This document shows positions 24,051-37,748 of a stretch of DNA of 64,000 bases, one piece after another. The notes below the pieces were generated by a model that did not search any database, was not told the origin of the DNA, and was given only the letters and a program-made list of their open reading frames with translations. This stretch comes from Squalus acanthias (Eukaryota): assembly GCA_030390025.1 (NCBI GenBank), contig CM059432.1, positions 7,440,001 through 7,504,000 on the forward strand, given 5' to 3'. The stretch's first letter is position 1, and each line of letters begins with the position of its first letter. A program made the translations under genes and the position numbers.

Positions 24051-24889
24051 CTTAGAGGAACAAAATATGACAGTACCTTCTAGTAATTCCTTCTTTGCAA
24101 AAAAAGAGAAAATTTGAAGGGCTATGGGGAAAGAGCGGAGGGGGAGTGGGACTAATTGGAGAGCTCTTTCAAAGAGCCGGCACAGGCACGATGGGCCGAA
24201 AGGCCTCTATCTGTGCTGTCTGATTCTATGATTAAATATCATAACGAACCCTCGATCAGACGATATGAATTGCTTCTTGGTGTACAGATGGGTACGAAGA
24301 GAGTTAACTATCCCTGTGGGCAGCTATTTAATACGGTTCTGGATTGATGTTGTGCTCCGTGGGCTGTGGGGCTTGGATTGTACAGTCGCCGCGCCTGCTG
24401 CTCTCCCTCCTGCTCCTCTCAGTTGGCTGTAGAAAGCCAAATCCAACTAAAAGCAGAGGATTCTGGAAAGGCAGCATCTGAGAAAGCAGGATAATATAAC
24501 ATTTCAGACAGGACCCGGCATCAGAAGCACAGGAATTCTTTCCGCAGCTGTGCGCACAGCATCAGAGAAATTTCAGCACTGATGGAGGCCATTCGGACCA
24601 TCCTGCCTATTCCCATATTCCATATTGCAGGTATTAAAGAAGACAGAACTTGTAGTTATAGCGCGCCTTTCGATAGATTTTTGGATTTTTGGATATTAAG
24701 GGAATCAAGGGATATGGGGATAGTGCAGGAAAGTGGAGATGAGGTAGAAGATCAGCCATGATCTTATTGAATGGCGGAGCAGGCTCGAGCGGCCAATTGG
24801 CCTACTCCTGCTACTATTTCTTATGTTCTTATGTTCTTTCATGACCTCAGGACGCCTCAAAGTGCTTACAGCCAATGAAGTAACTTTTT

Positions 24890-26145
24890 ATTTTTTTATT
24901 TGTTCATTCATGGTTCGCGGGATTTGGGAGGTGCTGTCGAAGAAGCCTTGGTGAATTGCTGCAGTGCATCTTGTAGATGGTACACACTGCAGCCACGGTA
25001 CGCCGGTGGTGGAGGGAGTGAATGTTTAAGGTGGTGGATTGGGTGCCGATCAAGCGGGCTGCTTTGTCTTGGATGGTGTCGAGCTTCTTAAGTGTTGCTG
25101 GAGCTTCACTCATCCAGGCAAGTGGAGAGTGTTCCATCACACTCCTGACTTGTGCCTTGTAGATGGTGGAAAGGCTTTGGGGAGTCAGGAGGTGAGTCAC
25201 TCGCTGCAGAATACCCAGCCTCTGACCTGCTCTTGTAGCCACAGTATTTATGTGGCTGGTCCAGTTAAGTGATGATGATGGTGGGAGATTCGATGATGGT
25301 AACGCTGTTGAATGTCAAGGGGCGGTGTTTAGACATTCTCTTGGAGATGGTATTTTCCTAGCACTTGTAGGAACAGGAGTAGGCCATTCAACCCCTCGAG
25401 CCTGCTCTGCCATTCCAAGAGATCATGGCTGATCTGTGACCTAACTCCATAAACCCGCCTGTGCCCCATATCCCTTAATATCTTAGGTTAACAAAAATCT
25501 ATCAATCTCAGATTTAAAATTAACAATTGACCGAGCATCAACTGCCATTTGCGGAAGAGTTCCAAACTTCTACCACCCTTTGCGTGTTTCCTAACTTCAC
25601 TCCTGAAAGGTCTGGCTCTAATTTTTCAGCTGCCCCCCTAGTCCTAGACTCCCCAACCAGCGGAAATAGTTTCTCTCTCTCTACCCTATCTGTTCCCCTT
25701 AATATCTTGAAAATTTCGATCAAATCACGCCTTAACATTCTAAATTCCAGGGAATATATGCTGATTACAGCCTGCGGAACCACATGTATGAGTAAAGGTT
25801 TCTGTGAATACAGTCTGCACCACTTAGAATGCCTGCGTTTAGACAGCTTATATCGGCTAAAGAGCGATAACCATTTGCATTAGCGTCAACTTCAAAGTTG
25901 CCGTTTGCGGAAGAGAGTTCCAAACTTCTACCACCCTTTGTGTGTAGAAGTGTTTCCTAATTCCACTTCTGAAAGGTCTGGCTCTAATTTTTAGACTATG
26001 TTCCCTAGTCCTAGACTCCCAAACCAGCGGAGTGGCGCGAATGTTACCTGCCACTCATCAGCCCAAGCCTGAATGTCGGTCCCGGTCTTGCTGCATGCGG
26101 GCACGGACTGCTTCATTAGCTGAGGAGTTGCGAATGGAACTGAAC
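24890..26145 (-). mobile_element. Fragments of family-X LINE (24920-25350, 26030-26145) interleaved with CR1 3' ends
   Basis: ATRAGQRLGILQRVTHLL... and DIQAWADEWQVTFAP motifs; CR1 3' ends at about 25365-25755 and 25890-26030. Confidence 0.75.
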
Positions 26146-26764
26146 AGAAGGGAGAGTACAAGAACAGGAAGGAGATGATCACCGACAGAGAAAGGACATT
26201 GCAGCATTAAATCTGGCCAGGCTGCAGGCCACACGCACAGGCTCAGCAGCAGTGGATGAGTGGCAGCACAATACAGCCCCCAACTTGGTGTGCTGAGTGC
26301 ATCGGTGAGAGGGTTATGCAGGAAGAGAAGAGGAAGGGAAGGTGCGCTGCTGTGTGTGATAATCCAGCAGGCCTGGACTAATAAGCCAGTGTCAGCCGCG
26401 GCTCAGTGGGCAGCACACTTGCCTCTGAGTCAGAAGGTTGTGGGTTCAAATCCCACTCCAGAGACTTGAGCACAAAAATCTCGGCTGACACTCCCAGTGC
26501 AACACTGAGCGAGTGCTGCACTGTCGGAGGTGCCGTCTTTCAGATCAGGTGTTAAACTGCTCTCTCAGGTGGACGCGAAAGATCCCATGGCACTATTTTC
26601 CTATCTTCTATGTTTCTATATTTCTTAAAGCTAAATGTATCAAGGGATATGGGGAGAAGGCAGGGACAGGGTACTGAGTTTGGATGATCAGCCATGATCT
26701 CATCGAATGGCGGAGCAGGCTCGAGGGGCCGAATGGCCTACTCCTGCTCCTATCTTCTATGTTT

Positions 26765-27580
26765 CTAGAACATGAGTTCAAATCCCACCACAGGAGTTTG
26801 AGAATTTGAATTCAGTTTCGAAAATAATCCAGGATGTTGCCGGGAGTAGAGAATCTTAGCTATGAGGAAAGACTGGATAGGCTGGGTTTGTTTTCCTTGG
26901 AACAGAGGAGGCTGAGGGGAGACCTTATTGAGGTGTATAAAATTATGAGGGGCATAGATAAAGTGGATAGAAAGGACCTATTTCCCTTAGCAGAGGGGTC
27001 AAAAACCAGGGGGCACAGATTTAAAGTAATTGGGGGAAGGTTCAGAGGGGATTTGAGGGGAAGTTTCTTCACCCAGAGGGTTGTGGGGGTCTGGAACTCA
27101 CTGCCTGAAAGGGTGGTAGAGGCAGGAACCCTAGCCACATTTAAAAAGTACTTGGATGTGCACTTGGGATGCTCTAACCTGCAGGGCTACGGGCCAAGAG
27201 CTGGGAAGTGGGATTCGGCTGGATAGCTCTTTGTTGGCCGGCGCGGACACGATGGGCCGAATGGCCTCCTTCCATGCTGTAACTTTCTATGATTCTATGA
27301 AACAAAAAGCTGGGTTGAGTAGAAGTGACCAGGAGGCTGTCGGAGGGTTGTAAAAACCCAACTGGTCCTTTAGGGAAGGAACCCTGCTGTCCTTACCCGC
27401 TCTGGCCGATTTGTGACTCTACACCAACAAGGTTGATTCTTAACTGACCTCTGAAGTCACTCAGCTGGACAAGACTCACCACCCCCCCCCCCCCCTTTCT
27501 CAAGGGCAATTCGGGATGGGCAATAAATGCTGGCCTTGCCAGCGACGTCCACATCCTGCGAATGGAAAAGAAAAAAAAAT
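26765..27580 (+). mobile_element. tRNA-headed SINE with family-X tail, interrupted by a CR1 3' end (26830-27300)
   Basis: GAGTTCAAATCCCACC head remnant; body TAAAAACCCAACTGG...TAGGGAAGG; tail AAGGGCAATT...CCACATCC-polyA. Confidence 0.7.
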
Positions 27581-28624
27581 GATGGAAGAATTGCTGTGGT
27601 CAAAGGCTGAATGGGATTTCAGAACATTGCGGCAATAGAGCGAACAGCGAAGGACAGAGGAGCACAAAAAGAAAACAAAAATGATGTCCTAAAAATCGAC
27701 TTCATTCGTTAATTAACCACTAAAAGAAAAAATATGAAGGGTTTTGATCGAATAAATAAGGAGAAACTATTTCCACCGGCAGGAGGGTCGGTCACCAGAG
27801 GACACAGATTGAAGATAATTGGTAAAAGAACCAGAGAGGGAGCTGAGGAGAATTTTGTTTTTTACGCAGTGAGTTGTTGTGATCTGGAACGCGCTGCCTG
27901 AAAGGGCGGTGGAAGCAGATTCAGTAATAGCTTGCAAAAGGTAATTGGATAAATACTTGAAAAGGACAAACTTGTGTGGCTTTGGGGAAAGAGCAGGGGG
28001 GAGCGGGACTAATTGGAGAGCTCTTTCAAAGAGCCGGCACAGGCACGATGGGCCGAATGGCCTCCTTCTGTGCCGTGAGAGTCTATGATAAATAAAATAA
28101 AATCATATTGTTTCCCAGCGCCTTTTTTTTTTCAGTCTAAAGATCACTATCATCGTTATTAAGATCTTTTGTCATGTCAGCCAGACAGATATGTGGACTT
28201 GCTACAAATTAAACTTATCTTCAGGTGTCCCAGTGATCAATCTTCCCTCAATCGTCTCCATGGCAACGTGACTGATCCTTCAAACGAGATGCAGCTCAGT
28301 GATGTTGCAGAGAATGTCCAGCACCAGAGTAGCGGGGCTCCGTAAGAAATCAATTGACTGAAAGCTTGACCTCGGTGGAAGTAATAATATAAAAATGTTA
28401 TGAGGTGGTTTGTAGTTGACTGAAAAGAAAACACCAAAACTGTTCACTGAAACATCAAAGCAGTTACCCCTTAAAGGCAAAATGCATACTCTGAACTGAT
28501 CCTTATATGGATTAAACCTGATAATTGTCATATGCAAAAGCAGCAATATGGGTATTTGCACTTTGATGTCTGGCTGTATCTTCTACTAGTTACTTATATT
28601 TTATTTGGAATGAGCTGGAGATTC

Positions 28625-29340
28625 TGCAGCTGCTGAAACCCTCATCCATGCCTTTGTTACTTCCAGACCTGATTATTCCAATGCTCTCTTGGCTGGACCC
28701 CCCGCCTTCCATCCTCCGTAAACTTCGGCTCGTCCAAAACTCTGCTGCCCGTCTCCTAACTTGCACCAAGTCCCGTTCACCCGTTCACCCATCACCTCCC
28801 CCGTGCTCGCTGACCTACCTTGGCTCCCATCCAGCAACGTCTCAATTTTAAACTTCTCATCCTTGTTTTCAAATCCCTCCGTGGCCTCGCCCCTCCCTAT
28901 CTCTATAACCTCCTCCAGCCTCACAACCGCACCCCCCCTCCCCCCCGAGATCTCTGCAAAAATGATCAACCCGGTGTTCAAATCCCTCCATGGCCTCGCC
29001 CCACGCTATCACTCTAACTGCCTCCAGCCCTACCTTCTGACATTTCTGTGCACTTCCAACTCTCGCCTCTTGCGCGGGCCCGATTTCCATAGCCCCACCA
29101 TTGGAGACCTGGGCCCTAAGTTCTGGAATTCCCTCCCTAACCTTCTCCGCCTCGCTACCTCAATCTCCTCCTTTAAGACACTCCTTAAAACCTACCTCTT
29201 TGACCAAGCTTTTGGTCACCTGCCCTGATATCTCTTTATGTGGCTCGGTGTCAAATTTTGTTTGATAATCGCTCCTGTGAGGCACCTTGGGACGTTTTAC
29301 TACGTTAAAGGCACCATGTAAATGCAAGTTGTTGTTGTTG
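28625..29340 (+). mobile_element. L2 LINE 3' fragment with internal duplication
   Basis: LVQNSAARLLT motif; FKSLHGLAP segment present twice; (GTT)n tail. Confidence 0.82.
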
Positions 29341-29449
29341 CTTAATAAAGTGACACATAATAGATGTCAGCAAGTTTGAAGGGGCAGTGGCAGCATGGAT
29401 GCAAACTGGATGGAAGAGACAGACCCGCGCCTTCAACGCTGAAAGCACT

Positions 29450-29832
29450 ACACAACAACAACAACTTGTATTTGTATAGCGCCTTTAGTGTAGTAAAACG
29501 TCCCAAGGCGCTTCACAGGAATGTTATCAAACAGAACTTGACACCGAGCCACATAAGGAGATGTGAGGACAGGTGACCAAAAGCTTGGTCAAAGAGGTCG
29601 GTTTTAAGGAGCGTCTTAAAGGAGGAGGGTGAGAGAGAGAGGTTTAGGGAGGGAGTTCCAGAGCCTAGCGCCTTGGCAGCTGAAGGCACGGCCGCCAATG
29701 GTGGCGCGATTTAAAATCAGGGATGCTCAAGAGGCCAGAATTGGAGGAGCGCAGAGATTTGGAGGAAAACTAGGGCTGGAGGAGATTACAGAGACAGGGA
29801 GGGGCGAGGCCGTGGAGGGATTTGAACACAAG
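29450..29832 (-). mobile_element. L2 LINE 3' end
   Basis: FKTLLKTDLFDQAF plus 3' UTR; (CAA)n on +. Confidence 0.8.
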
Positions 29833-30204
29833 GGTATAAATGCAAGTTATTCATTTTGCATCTGCGGTTAATTCTTCTGGGCAGCTCCGTCTGGTCTCCA
29901 GTGCTTTTGACCATCCAGAAGGTGTGAAATAAAGTTATTTTAATCTTCACGGAGGCAACCCATGCAGAAGCGTGACAACTACAAGTCAGCACTGACAGTG
30001 AAACCAAATTAAAATGCACTGTTGATGTGTGATAACCAGGGGATGCTAATATCTTCTGGTCATGTATGCGCTTGCTTATGAATTCAAACAGCGATGCTTA
30101 ACAGGCAACTCGGGCAGTACTAAAATAAGTCAAGTGGAACAATTCGGATTGTTTTGCACTGAAGCAATGATATTCACAATTTTGCTCTTTTCTCCCATTG
30201 AATC

Positions 30205-31302
30205 GAAAACTGGTTGGCAGACAGGAAACAAAGAGTTGGAATAAACGGGTCTTTTTCCGAGTGGCAGGCAGTGACTAGTGGGGTACCGCAGGGATCGGTG
30301 CTAGGACCCCAGCTATTCACAATATATGTTAATGATCTAGACGAGGGAACTAGATGTAATATCTCCAAGTTTGCAGATGACACAAAGCTGGGTGGGCATG
30401 TGTGCTGTGAGGAGGATGCAGAGAAACTCCAGTATGATTTGGACAGGTTGGGTGATTGGGCAGAAGCGTGGCAGATGCAATATAACGTGGATAAATGCGA
30501 GGTTATCCACTTTGGTGGCAAAAAACAGGAAGGCAGATTATTATCTGAACGGCAATAGATTGGGAAAAGGGGAAGTGCAACGAGACCTGGGTGTCCTTGT
30601 GCACCAGTCGCTGAAGGTAAGCATGCAGGTGCAGCAGGCGGTTAAGAAGGCAAATGGTATGTTGGCCTTCATAGCGAGAAGATTCGAGTACAGGAGCAAG
30701 GATGTCTTGCTGCAGTTGTACAGGGCCTTGGTGAGACCACACCTTGAGTATTGTGTGCAGTTTTGGTCGCCTTATCTGAGGAAGGATGTTCTTGCCATGG
30801 AGGGAGTGCAGCGAAGATTCACCAGGCTGATACCTGGGATGGCAGGAATGACGTATGAAGAGAGATTGGGTCGATTAGGCTTATATTCGCTAGAGTTTAG
30901 AAGAATGAGAGGGGATCTCATTGAAACTTAGAATATTCTAACAGGACTAGACAGACTAGATGCAGGAAGGATGTTCCTGATGGCGGGGGAGTCCAGAACC
31001 AGGGGTCACAGTCTAAGGATAAGGGCTAAGCCATTTAGGACTGAGATGAGGAGGAATTTCTTCACCCAGAGAGTGGTGAACCTGTGGAATTCTCTACCAC
31101 AGAAGGCAGTTGAGGCCAATTCATTAAATATATTCAAGAAGGAGTTAGATATAGTTCTTAAGGCTAAGGGGATCAAGGGATATGGGGAGAAAGCAGGGAC
31201 AGGGTACAGAATTTGGATGATCAGCCATGATCTCATCGAATGGCGGAGCAGGCTCGAGGGGCCGAATGGCCTACTCCTGCTCCTATCTTCTATGTTTCTA
31301 TG
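30205..31302 (+). mobile_element. CR1 3' fragment (RT C-terminal part, frameshifted)
   Basis: Nearly identical to the 1134-3190 subfamily; (TATGTTTC) tail. Confidence 0.9.
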
Positions 31303-31375
31303 AAACAACCCGAGGGATCCCTTTTTAGACGAGATTTCAATTTCAAAATGCAAAATTGGACGTGAGAATCATTTA

Positions 31376-31935
31376 AAAAAATTTGTTTCTGGGATGTGGG
31401 CGTCGCTGGCAAGGCCAGCATTTATTGCCCACCCCTAATTGCCCTTGAGCAGGTGGTGGTGAGCCGCCTTCTTGAACCGCTCCAATCCGTGTGGTGAAGG
31501 TACTCCCACAGTGCTGTTAGGTAGAGAGTTCCAGGATTTTGACCCAGCGACGATGAAGGATCGGCGATATACTTCCAAGTCAGGATGGTGTGTGACTGGG
31601 AGGGGAACTTGGAGGTGGTAGTGTTCCCATGCGCCCGCTGCCCTTGTCCTTCTAGGTGGAAGAGGTCGCGGGTTTGGGAGGTGCTGCCGAAGAAGCCTTG
31701 GCGAGTTGCTGCAGTGCATCTTGTAGATGGTACACACTGCAGCCACGGTGCGCCGGTGGTGGAGGGAGTGAATGTTTAAGGTGGTGGATGGGGTGCCAAT
31801 CAAGCGGGCTGCTTTGTCCTGGATGGTGTCGAGCTTCTTGAGTGTTGTTGTTGGAGCTGCACTCATCCAGGCAAGTGGAGAGTATTCCATCACACTCCTG
31901 ACTTGTGTCTTGTGGATGGTGGAAAGGCTTTGGGG
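31376..31935 (-). mobile_element. Family-X LINE 3' fragment
   Basis: Reverse complement of the 1-667 family. Confidence 0.82.
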
Positions 31936-33142
31936 AAAAGCTAGATAAGCGCATGAGGGAGAAAGGAATGGAAGGGCATGCTGATCGGGTGAGATGAAGA
32001 GGGGTGGGAGGGGGCTCGTGTGGAGCATAAACACCGACATGGACCAGTTGGGCAGAATGGCCTGTTTCTGTGCCGTAATCTCGACGTAACTCTTTGCAAG
32101 CCCTTTTGGAGTTCCAGTTTTCATGGACTACATTGTAATAACTGTAATTGGATGTACCGAGATCAGTGGAACAGCTCTCTCCGCTCTGCACTTGTGCTCC
32201 ATGTTGAGAAAGTGTCAATGTAATATCGGAGTTTGGCTTTATTTGAAGCCTGCAATTTATCATTTTATCATCATTTCTGCGAAGAATACCCGTGAGGGTT
32301 CCTCTATAGGGGAATGGGACAGGACATTATTAAAACCCGTTCGAACAACTAGATTTTACCGACGTTGAGGAATGAGTTTTTTTTTTCCTTTTCTTTGTCG
32401 AGTTGATCCTGTGGGCTTTTGCAAAATTGGTGCAAACAAGAATCGAAATGTTAATGTATTCCAGGAAAATGCTCAGATGGCAAGCGGTGCTGGGGAAGTG
32501 AAGCACTAATTCCGCCAATTAGGTTGGGAGAAAATTGTTGCCATCTGGTAGGGGGGATGGATTATGCCAAGACATTAAGAACTAATAAATCATAATGGTC
32601 TGGAGGGATCCAGAGGACAACGATTTGAAGAGGCCATTAATCTTTTATAAAGTAGATGGTACGAGACGTATGCAAAACGGCGCAATATTTGACTTTAAGA
32701 CGCCTACGTTTGGCTAATTTCAGGGTGGTGCATTATTTAAGGCTGGTTTTTTATTTTAAATAACTAAAGTTTACCTCACGCTTAAGCTGAAAGGCCATGG
32801 ATTAACCTCAAGATCCATTTTGCCATTTTGTCATTGATCTTGATGCTCGAGGATGTGTCATTATTTTCCTGGTTGTGAATGATGAGTTCCTTCATTTTAT
32901 TTTAGACGTCATATGTTACAGGCCTTTGCTGGAAGATCAGTGTAACATTTCTTCCCAGCGTGCATTCTAAAAGACTTACCCTGTAAAGAAAATAATTCCT
33001 CATCTGTCGCAGTGCGTTTAAAAGTTTGGATTTCAAACAAATTGTGCATATTTCTGCCTGAAATATTATGCAAATGTCGGTATCAGGCACTGGAAAACAT
33101 TTTCAATCCAGAGCTTACTTCGTGCGCTGAATTTCGGGAACA

Positions 33143-33972
33143 TTAGCATCGTGGTTATGTCACTGGACTAGTAGCACCCCTGTGCTCGCTGACCTACATT
33201 GGCTCCCGGTTAAACAGCACCTTGTTTTCCAATCCCTCCATGGCCTCGCCCCTCCCTATCTCTATAATCTCTTCCAGCCCCACAACCACCCGCACCCCCC
33301 CACCGTGTTAACTGCGCTCCTCTAATTCTGGCCTCTTGAGCATCCCTGATTATAATCGCTCAACCATTGGTGGCCGTGCCTTCTGTTGCCTAGGCCCTAA
33401 GCTGCGGAATTCCCTCCTTAAACCTCTCCGCCTCCTCCTTTAAGACGCTCCTTAAAACCTACCTCTTTGACCAAGCTTTTGGTCACCTGCCCTAATTTCT
33501 CCTTATGTGGCTCGGTGTCAAATTTTTTGTCTTAAAACGCTCCTGTGCATCGCCTTGGGACGGTTTACTATAGTAATCCAGAGGCCTGGACTAATGATCC
33601 GGAGACGTGAGTTTAAATCCCAACCACGGTAGCTGGGGAATTTAAATTTAGTTAATTAAATAAGAATCCGAAATAAAAAGCTAGTATCAGCTATAGTGAC
33701 CATGAAACTATCGGATTATCGTAAAAACCCATCTGGTTCACTAATGTCCTTTAGGGAAGGAAATCTGCCGTCCTTACCTGGTCTGGCCTACCTGTGACGC
33801 CAGACCCACAGCAAGGTGGTTGACTCTTAACAGACCCTCTGAAATGGCCCAGCCAGCCACTCAGCTGTTCAAGAAGGTGGCTCACCACCGCCTTCTCGAG
33901 GGCAATTAGGAATGGCCAATAAATGCTGGCCTTACCGGCGACGCCCACATCCCGTGAACGAATGAAAAAAAG
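33143..33972 (+). mobile_element. tRNA-headed SINE with family-X LINE tail, with an L2 3' end (33175-33571) inserted in the head
   Basis: GTGGTTATGTCACTGGACTAGTA|...|TAGTAATCCAGAGGCC..GAGTTTAAATCCC, conserved body, tail TCAAGAAGG..GGGCAATTAGG..CCCACATCCC. Confidence 0.75.
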
Positions 33973-34448
33973 CCCAGAAAGTCTCATAATTCCACTGACT
34001 GTATATTTTTTTTTCGATACCCGGAAACCACCCTCAGAGCTTACTGTTCGGACCACTCTCCATCAAATAGGAGCCAAATATATTAGTCACACTGAATGAT
34101 TACATAATCATTTGCAATGTTGCTCACTTTGATGACCGCTGACCTGGGAAGTTTTAGGGCCTTGGGTGAAGCAGACGGATGTAAATTCAAAGCCTTCTAC
34201 CTGTAAGCTGATTAAACAATCTGGTCATTAGAAGGGGCTGAAGAGCCGTGCCTATTTGGTAAGTGCATACTCTTTGGTGCCATTTATAAAATTTTGTGCG
34301 AAGTACGTCAAAAAAAAAATAGAAGAATCTGACATCAAACCTAGGCCAATCCTTCTGGGCTGCTTACTTTGTCACGTATTCGAAAACCCGCCTCTCATTT
34401 TGTGACTTCAAGGAATATTCTTGATTATGAGGACAATGCATGCAATAA

Positions 34449-34905
34449 GTGTCAGCTGTGGGTCAGTTGGTAGCACTCTCGCCTTCTGAGTCGGAAGGAT
34501 TGTGGGTTCTAAGACCCACTCCAGGGACTTGAGCACATAAATCTAGGCTGACACTGCAGTGCAGTGCTGAGCGAGTGCTGCACTGTCGGAGGTGCCGTCT
34601 TTCAGATGCGATGTAAAACCGAGGCCCCGTCTGCTCTTTCAGGTGGACGTAAAAGATCCCATGGCATTATTTGGAAGAAGAGGAGGGGAGTTATCCCTGG
34701 TGTCCTGGGCCAATATTTATCCCTCAACCAACATCACAAAAATAGATTATTTGGTCATTATCACATTTGCTGTTTGTGGGAGCTTGCTGTGCGCAAATTG
34801 GTTGCTGCGTTTCCCACATTACAACAGTGACTACACTCCAAAAGTGCTTCATTGGCTGTAAAGCACTTTGAAATGTCCGGTGGTCGTGCAAGCCTTTCTT
34901 TCTTT
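34449..34905 (+). mobile_element. Near full-length Deu-domain SINE
   Basis: tRNA-like head, Deu core, tail. Confidence 0.82.
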
Positions 34906-35059
34906 CTAATTGGATCATTTAACTCTTCAAGTGATGCAGTTTTCCCTGCATTTATTCCGAACAAATATGCTTACGTTCCAAGAGTTGTGACATGCTGAGT
35001 AAGTCCCTCAGTGCGATGGTTTGAAGAGGATTTGACTCCTTGTGTGCCATCAAAGTGAT

Positions 35060-35835
35060 GAAAAGACTTGTATTTCTATCGCACCTTTCACAACCACCGG
35101 ATGTCTCAAAGCGCTTTACAACCAATGAACTACTTTTGAAGTGTAGTCACTGTTGTAATGTGGGAAACGCCACAGCCAATTTGCACACAGCAAGCTCCCA
35201 CAAACAGCAACGTGATAATGACCAGATCATCTGTTTTAGTGATGTTGATTGAGGGATAAATATTGGCCAGAACACCGGGGATAACTCCCCTGCTCTTCAT
35301 CGAGATAATGCCTTGGGATCTTTTACGTCCTCCTGAAAGAGCAGACGGGGCCTCGGTTTAACTTCTCATCTGAATGACAGCACCTCTGACAGTGCAGCAC
35401 TCCCTCAGCACAGCACTGGTGTGTCACAGAATCACAGAATCCCCACAGTGCAGATAGAGGCCATTTCCGCCCATCGAGCCTGCACCGACACATATCCCAC
35501 CCTATCCCCGTAACCCCACGTATTTAATCCCCCCCCCTAGCACTAAGGGTCAATTTATCATAGCCAAATCAACCTAACCCGCACATTTTTGGACTGTGGG
35601 AGGAAACCGGAGCACACCCACGCAGACACGGGGAGAATGTGCAAACTCCACACAGACAATCACCCGAGGCCAGATTCGAACCCAGGTCCCTGGTGCTGTG
35701 AGGCAACAGTGCTAACCACTATGCCACCGTGTCAGCCTAGCTTTATGTGCTCAAGTCTCTGGAGTGAGGATTTGAAGCCACAACCTTCTAGACTCAGAAG
35801 GCAAGTGTGCTACCCACTGAGCCACGGCTGACACT
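35060..35835 (-). mobile_element. Deu-domain SINE interrupted by a V-SINE
   Basis: SINE halves at 35060-35426 and 35728-35835, with GTGTCA at both junctions. Confidence 0.8.
35427..35730 (-). mobile_element. V-SINE (HE1-like)
   Basis: Head GGTGGCATAGTGGTTAGCAC..GGTTCGAAT, V-domain GTGTGGAGTTTGCACATTCTCCCCGTGTCTGCGTGGG, CR1-like tail. Confidence 0.8.
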
Positions 35836-35861
35836 GACACTATAGAACATATTCAAATACA

Positions 35862-36460
35862 CCAACAACAATAACTTGTGTTTATATAGCGCCTTTAACG
35901 TAGTAAAATGTCCCAAGGTGTTTCACAGGAATGTTATCAAACAAAAATTGACACCGAGCCTCAAAAGGAGATATTGGAACAGATAGGTGGATTTTAAAGA
36001 GCGTCTTAAAGAAGGAAAACGAGGCAGAGAGGCTGAGAAGTTTGACACCGAGTCACATAAGGGGATATTAGGGCAGGTGGCCAAAAGCTTGGTCAAAGAA
36101 GTAGGTTTTAAAGAGCATCTTAAAGGAGGAAAGAGAAGCAGCGAGGCTAAGGGTGGGAATTCCAGAGCTGAGGGGCCCAGGCAGCTGAAGGCACGGCCGC
36201 CAATGGTGGAGCGATTAAAATCGGGGATGCGCAAGAGGCCAGAATGAAGGAACGCAGATATCTCGGAGGGTTGTGGGGCTGGAGGAGGTTCCAGAGATGG
36301 GGAGGGGGCGAGGCCACGGAGGGATTTGAAAACAAGGATGAGAAATTTTAAAAATCGGGGTGTTGCCGGACCGGGAGCCAGTGTAGTTTAGCGAGCGCAG
36401 GGGTGATGGGTGATGGGACGTGGTGTGAGTTAGGACACGGGCAGCAGAGTTTTGGATGAC
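35862..36460 (-). mobile_element. L2 LINE 3' fragment(s)
   Basis: IQNSAARVLT motif; 3' UTR partly duplicated. Confidence 0.8.
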
Positions 36461-37299
36461 CGACATACACGAGAAAATCTCGAGTCGGTAAGTGGTCTGG
36501 AATGCAGGCCTGGGGTCTAGTGGTACTTGTGAGAAGTCCGGGTGCCTAGGAGCACTCAGAGGAAAAGTTGAAAGAATATTTCAGTTTGTTTTTCCAAATG
36601 ATTTAAAACCTACTTAGAAGATGAATTTGAATCATTGGCTTCCGTCCCTTTGGCTGCTGTCTGTGTAATTGCACCTTGACCCTATCCAATTTCATTTTGC
36701 TCCAAATTCTGAGAAAAATAATGAACAATTTTTGGGGTTTAAAGGTGATTTTTTTTTTGTACAAAATACTAGAAAATTACATAAACAATGAGCTTTTGAT
36801 CATTTTGGAAGTAATTTTTATCTGTTTATGTAAATTTAGGTTTATTAAAGACTGTATATGTCATCACCATACCAACGGTGCACTAAATGTTGTAGGGCAG
36901 GAAATGGCCGATGATGGGGAAAGCCCGGTGGCCTAAAAATAGCCGTGGAATGTGGGTGACGGGTGTGAATATTATGGTGTGGACACCTGATGGATCAAAA
37001 AGGACTTAATGATACTTTGGACCCCATTCTTTTTTGTCTCCTTCCCCTTCCCCTACCGTCAAACCCTGGCAACAACCCCCCCACCCCACCCATACCATCA
37101 GATGCTGGCACCTTCAATCCAACCCAATGCTCTGGCAATCCAGAATCCCCCTCTTTAAGATTTCCCCCTCCAGATAACAGATCTATGGACCCCGCACTCA
37201 CCAAACCCCCTACAGCACCTTTCAATGTTCCATGATCCTCGACCATCCCTAATTCTGCTAGGATGTAAGTTCCTCACTTTCAGTGATCACAAATCCAAT

Positions 37300-37748
37300 G
37301 ACAAAAGCAAAATACTGCGGATGCTGGAAATCTGAAATAAAAACAGAAAATGCTGGAAATACTCAGCGGGTCAGGCAGCATCTGTGGAGAGAGAAACAGA
37401 GTCAACGTTTCAGGTCAGAACTGGAAAAAGCTGGAGATGGAATAGGTTTTTAAGCAAGTGTATGGGGCAGGGAAAGGGGGGAGGGGAGGAAAGAACCAAA
37501 GGGAAGGTCTGTGATAGGATGGAAGGCAGGAGAGATTAAGAGACAAAAGGGATGATGGTGCGAGGCAAAAGGAGATGGTAATGGACAAGTTAAGAAATAA
37601 AAGATGGCTCTAGATGAAGTGTAAATGGCAATGGCTGAATGAAAGACAGCTGCCATGTGAGAGAGAGAGAAAAAAATAATGGAAAAATAAAGATAGGGGC
37701 AGAGGTTATGGTCTGAAATTGTTGAACTCGATGTTGAGTCCAGAAGGC
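37300..37748 (-). mobile_element. Penelope-like element end (hammerhead region deleted)
   Basis: Reverse complement of the GATGCTGCCTGACC.GCTGAGT.TTTCCAGCATTTTCTG end; hammerhead reduced to CTGACCTGAAACGTTG. Confidence 0.65.

Noticed and set aside
31435..32263. 229-aa and 203-aa ORFs
   Set aside because: They are chance read-through across adjacent CR1 and family-X fragments.
34449..34525. tRNA genes
   Set aside because: The A/B-box sequences are SINE heads attached to SINE bodies, not complete cloverleafs.
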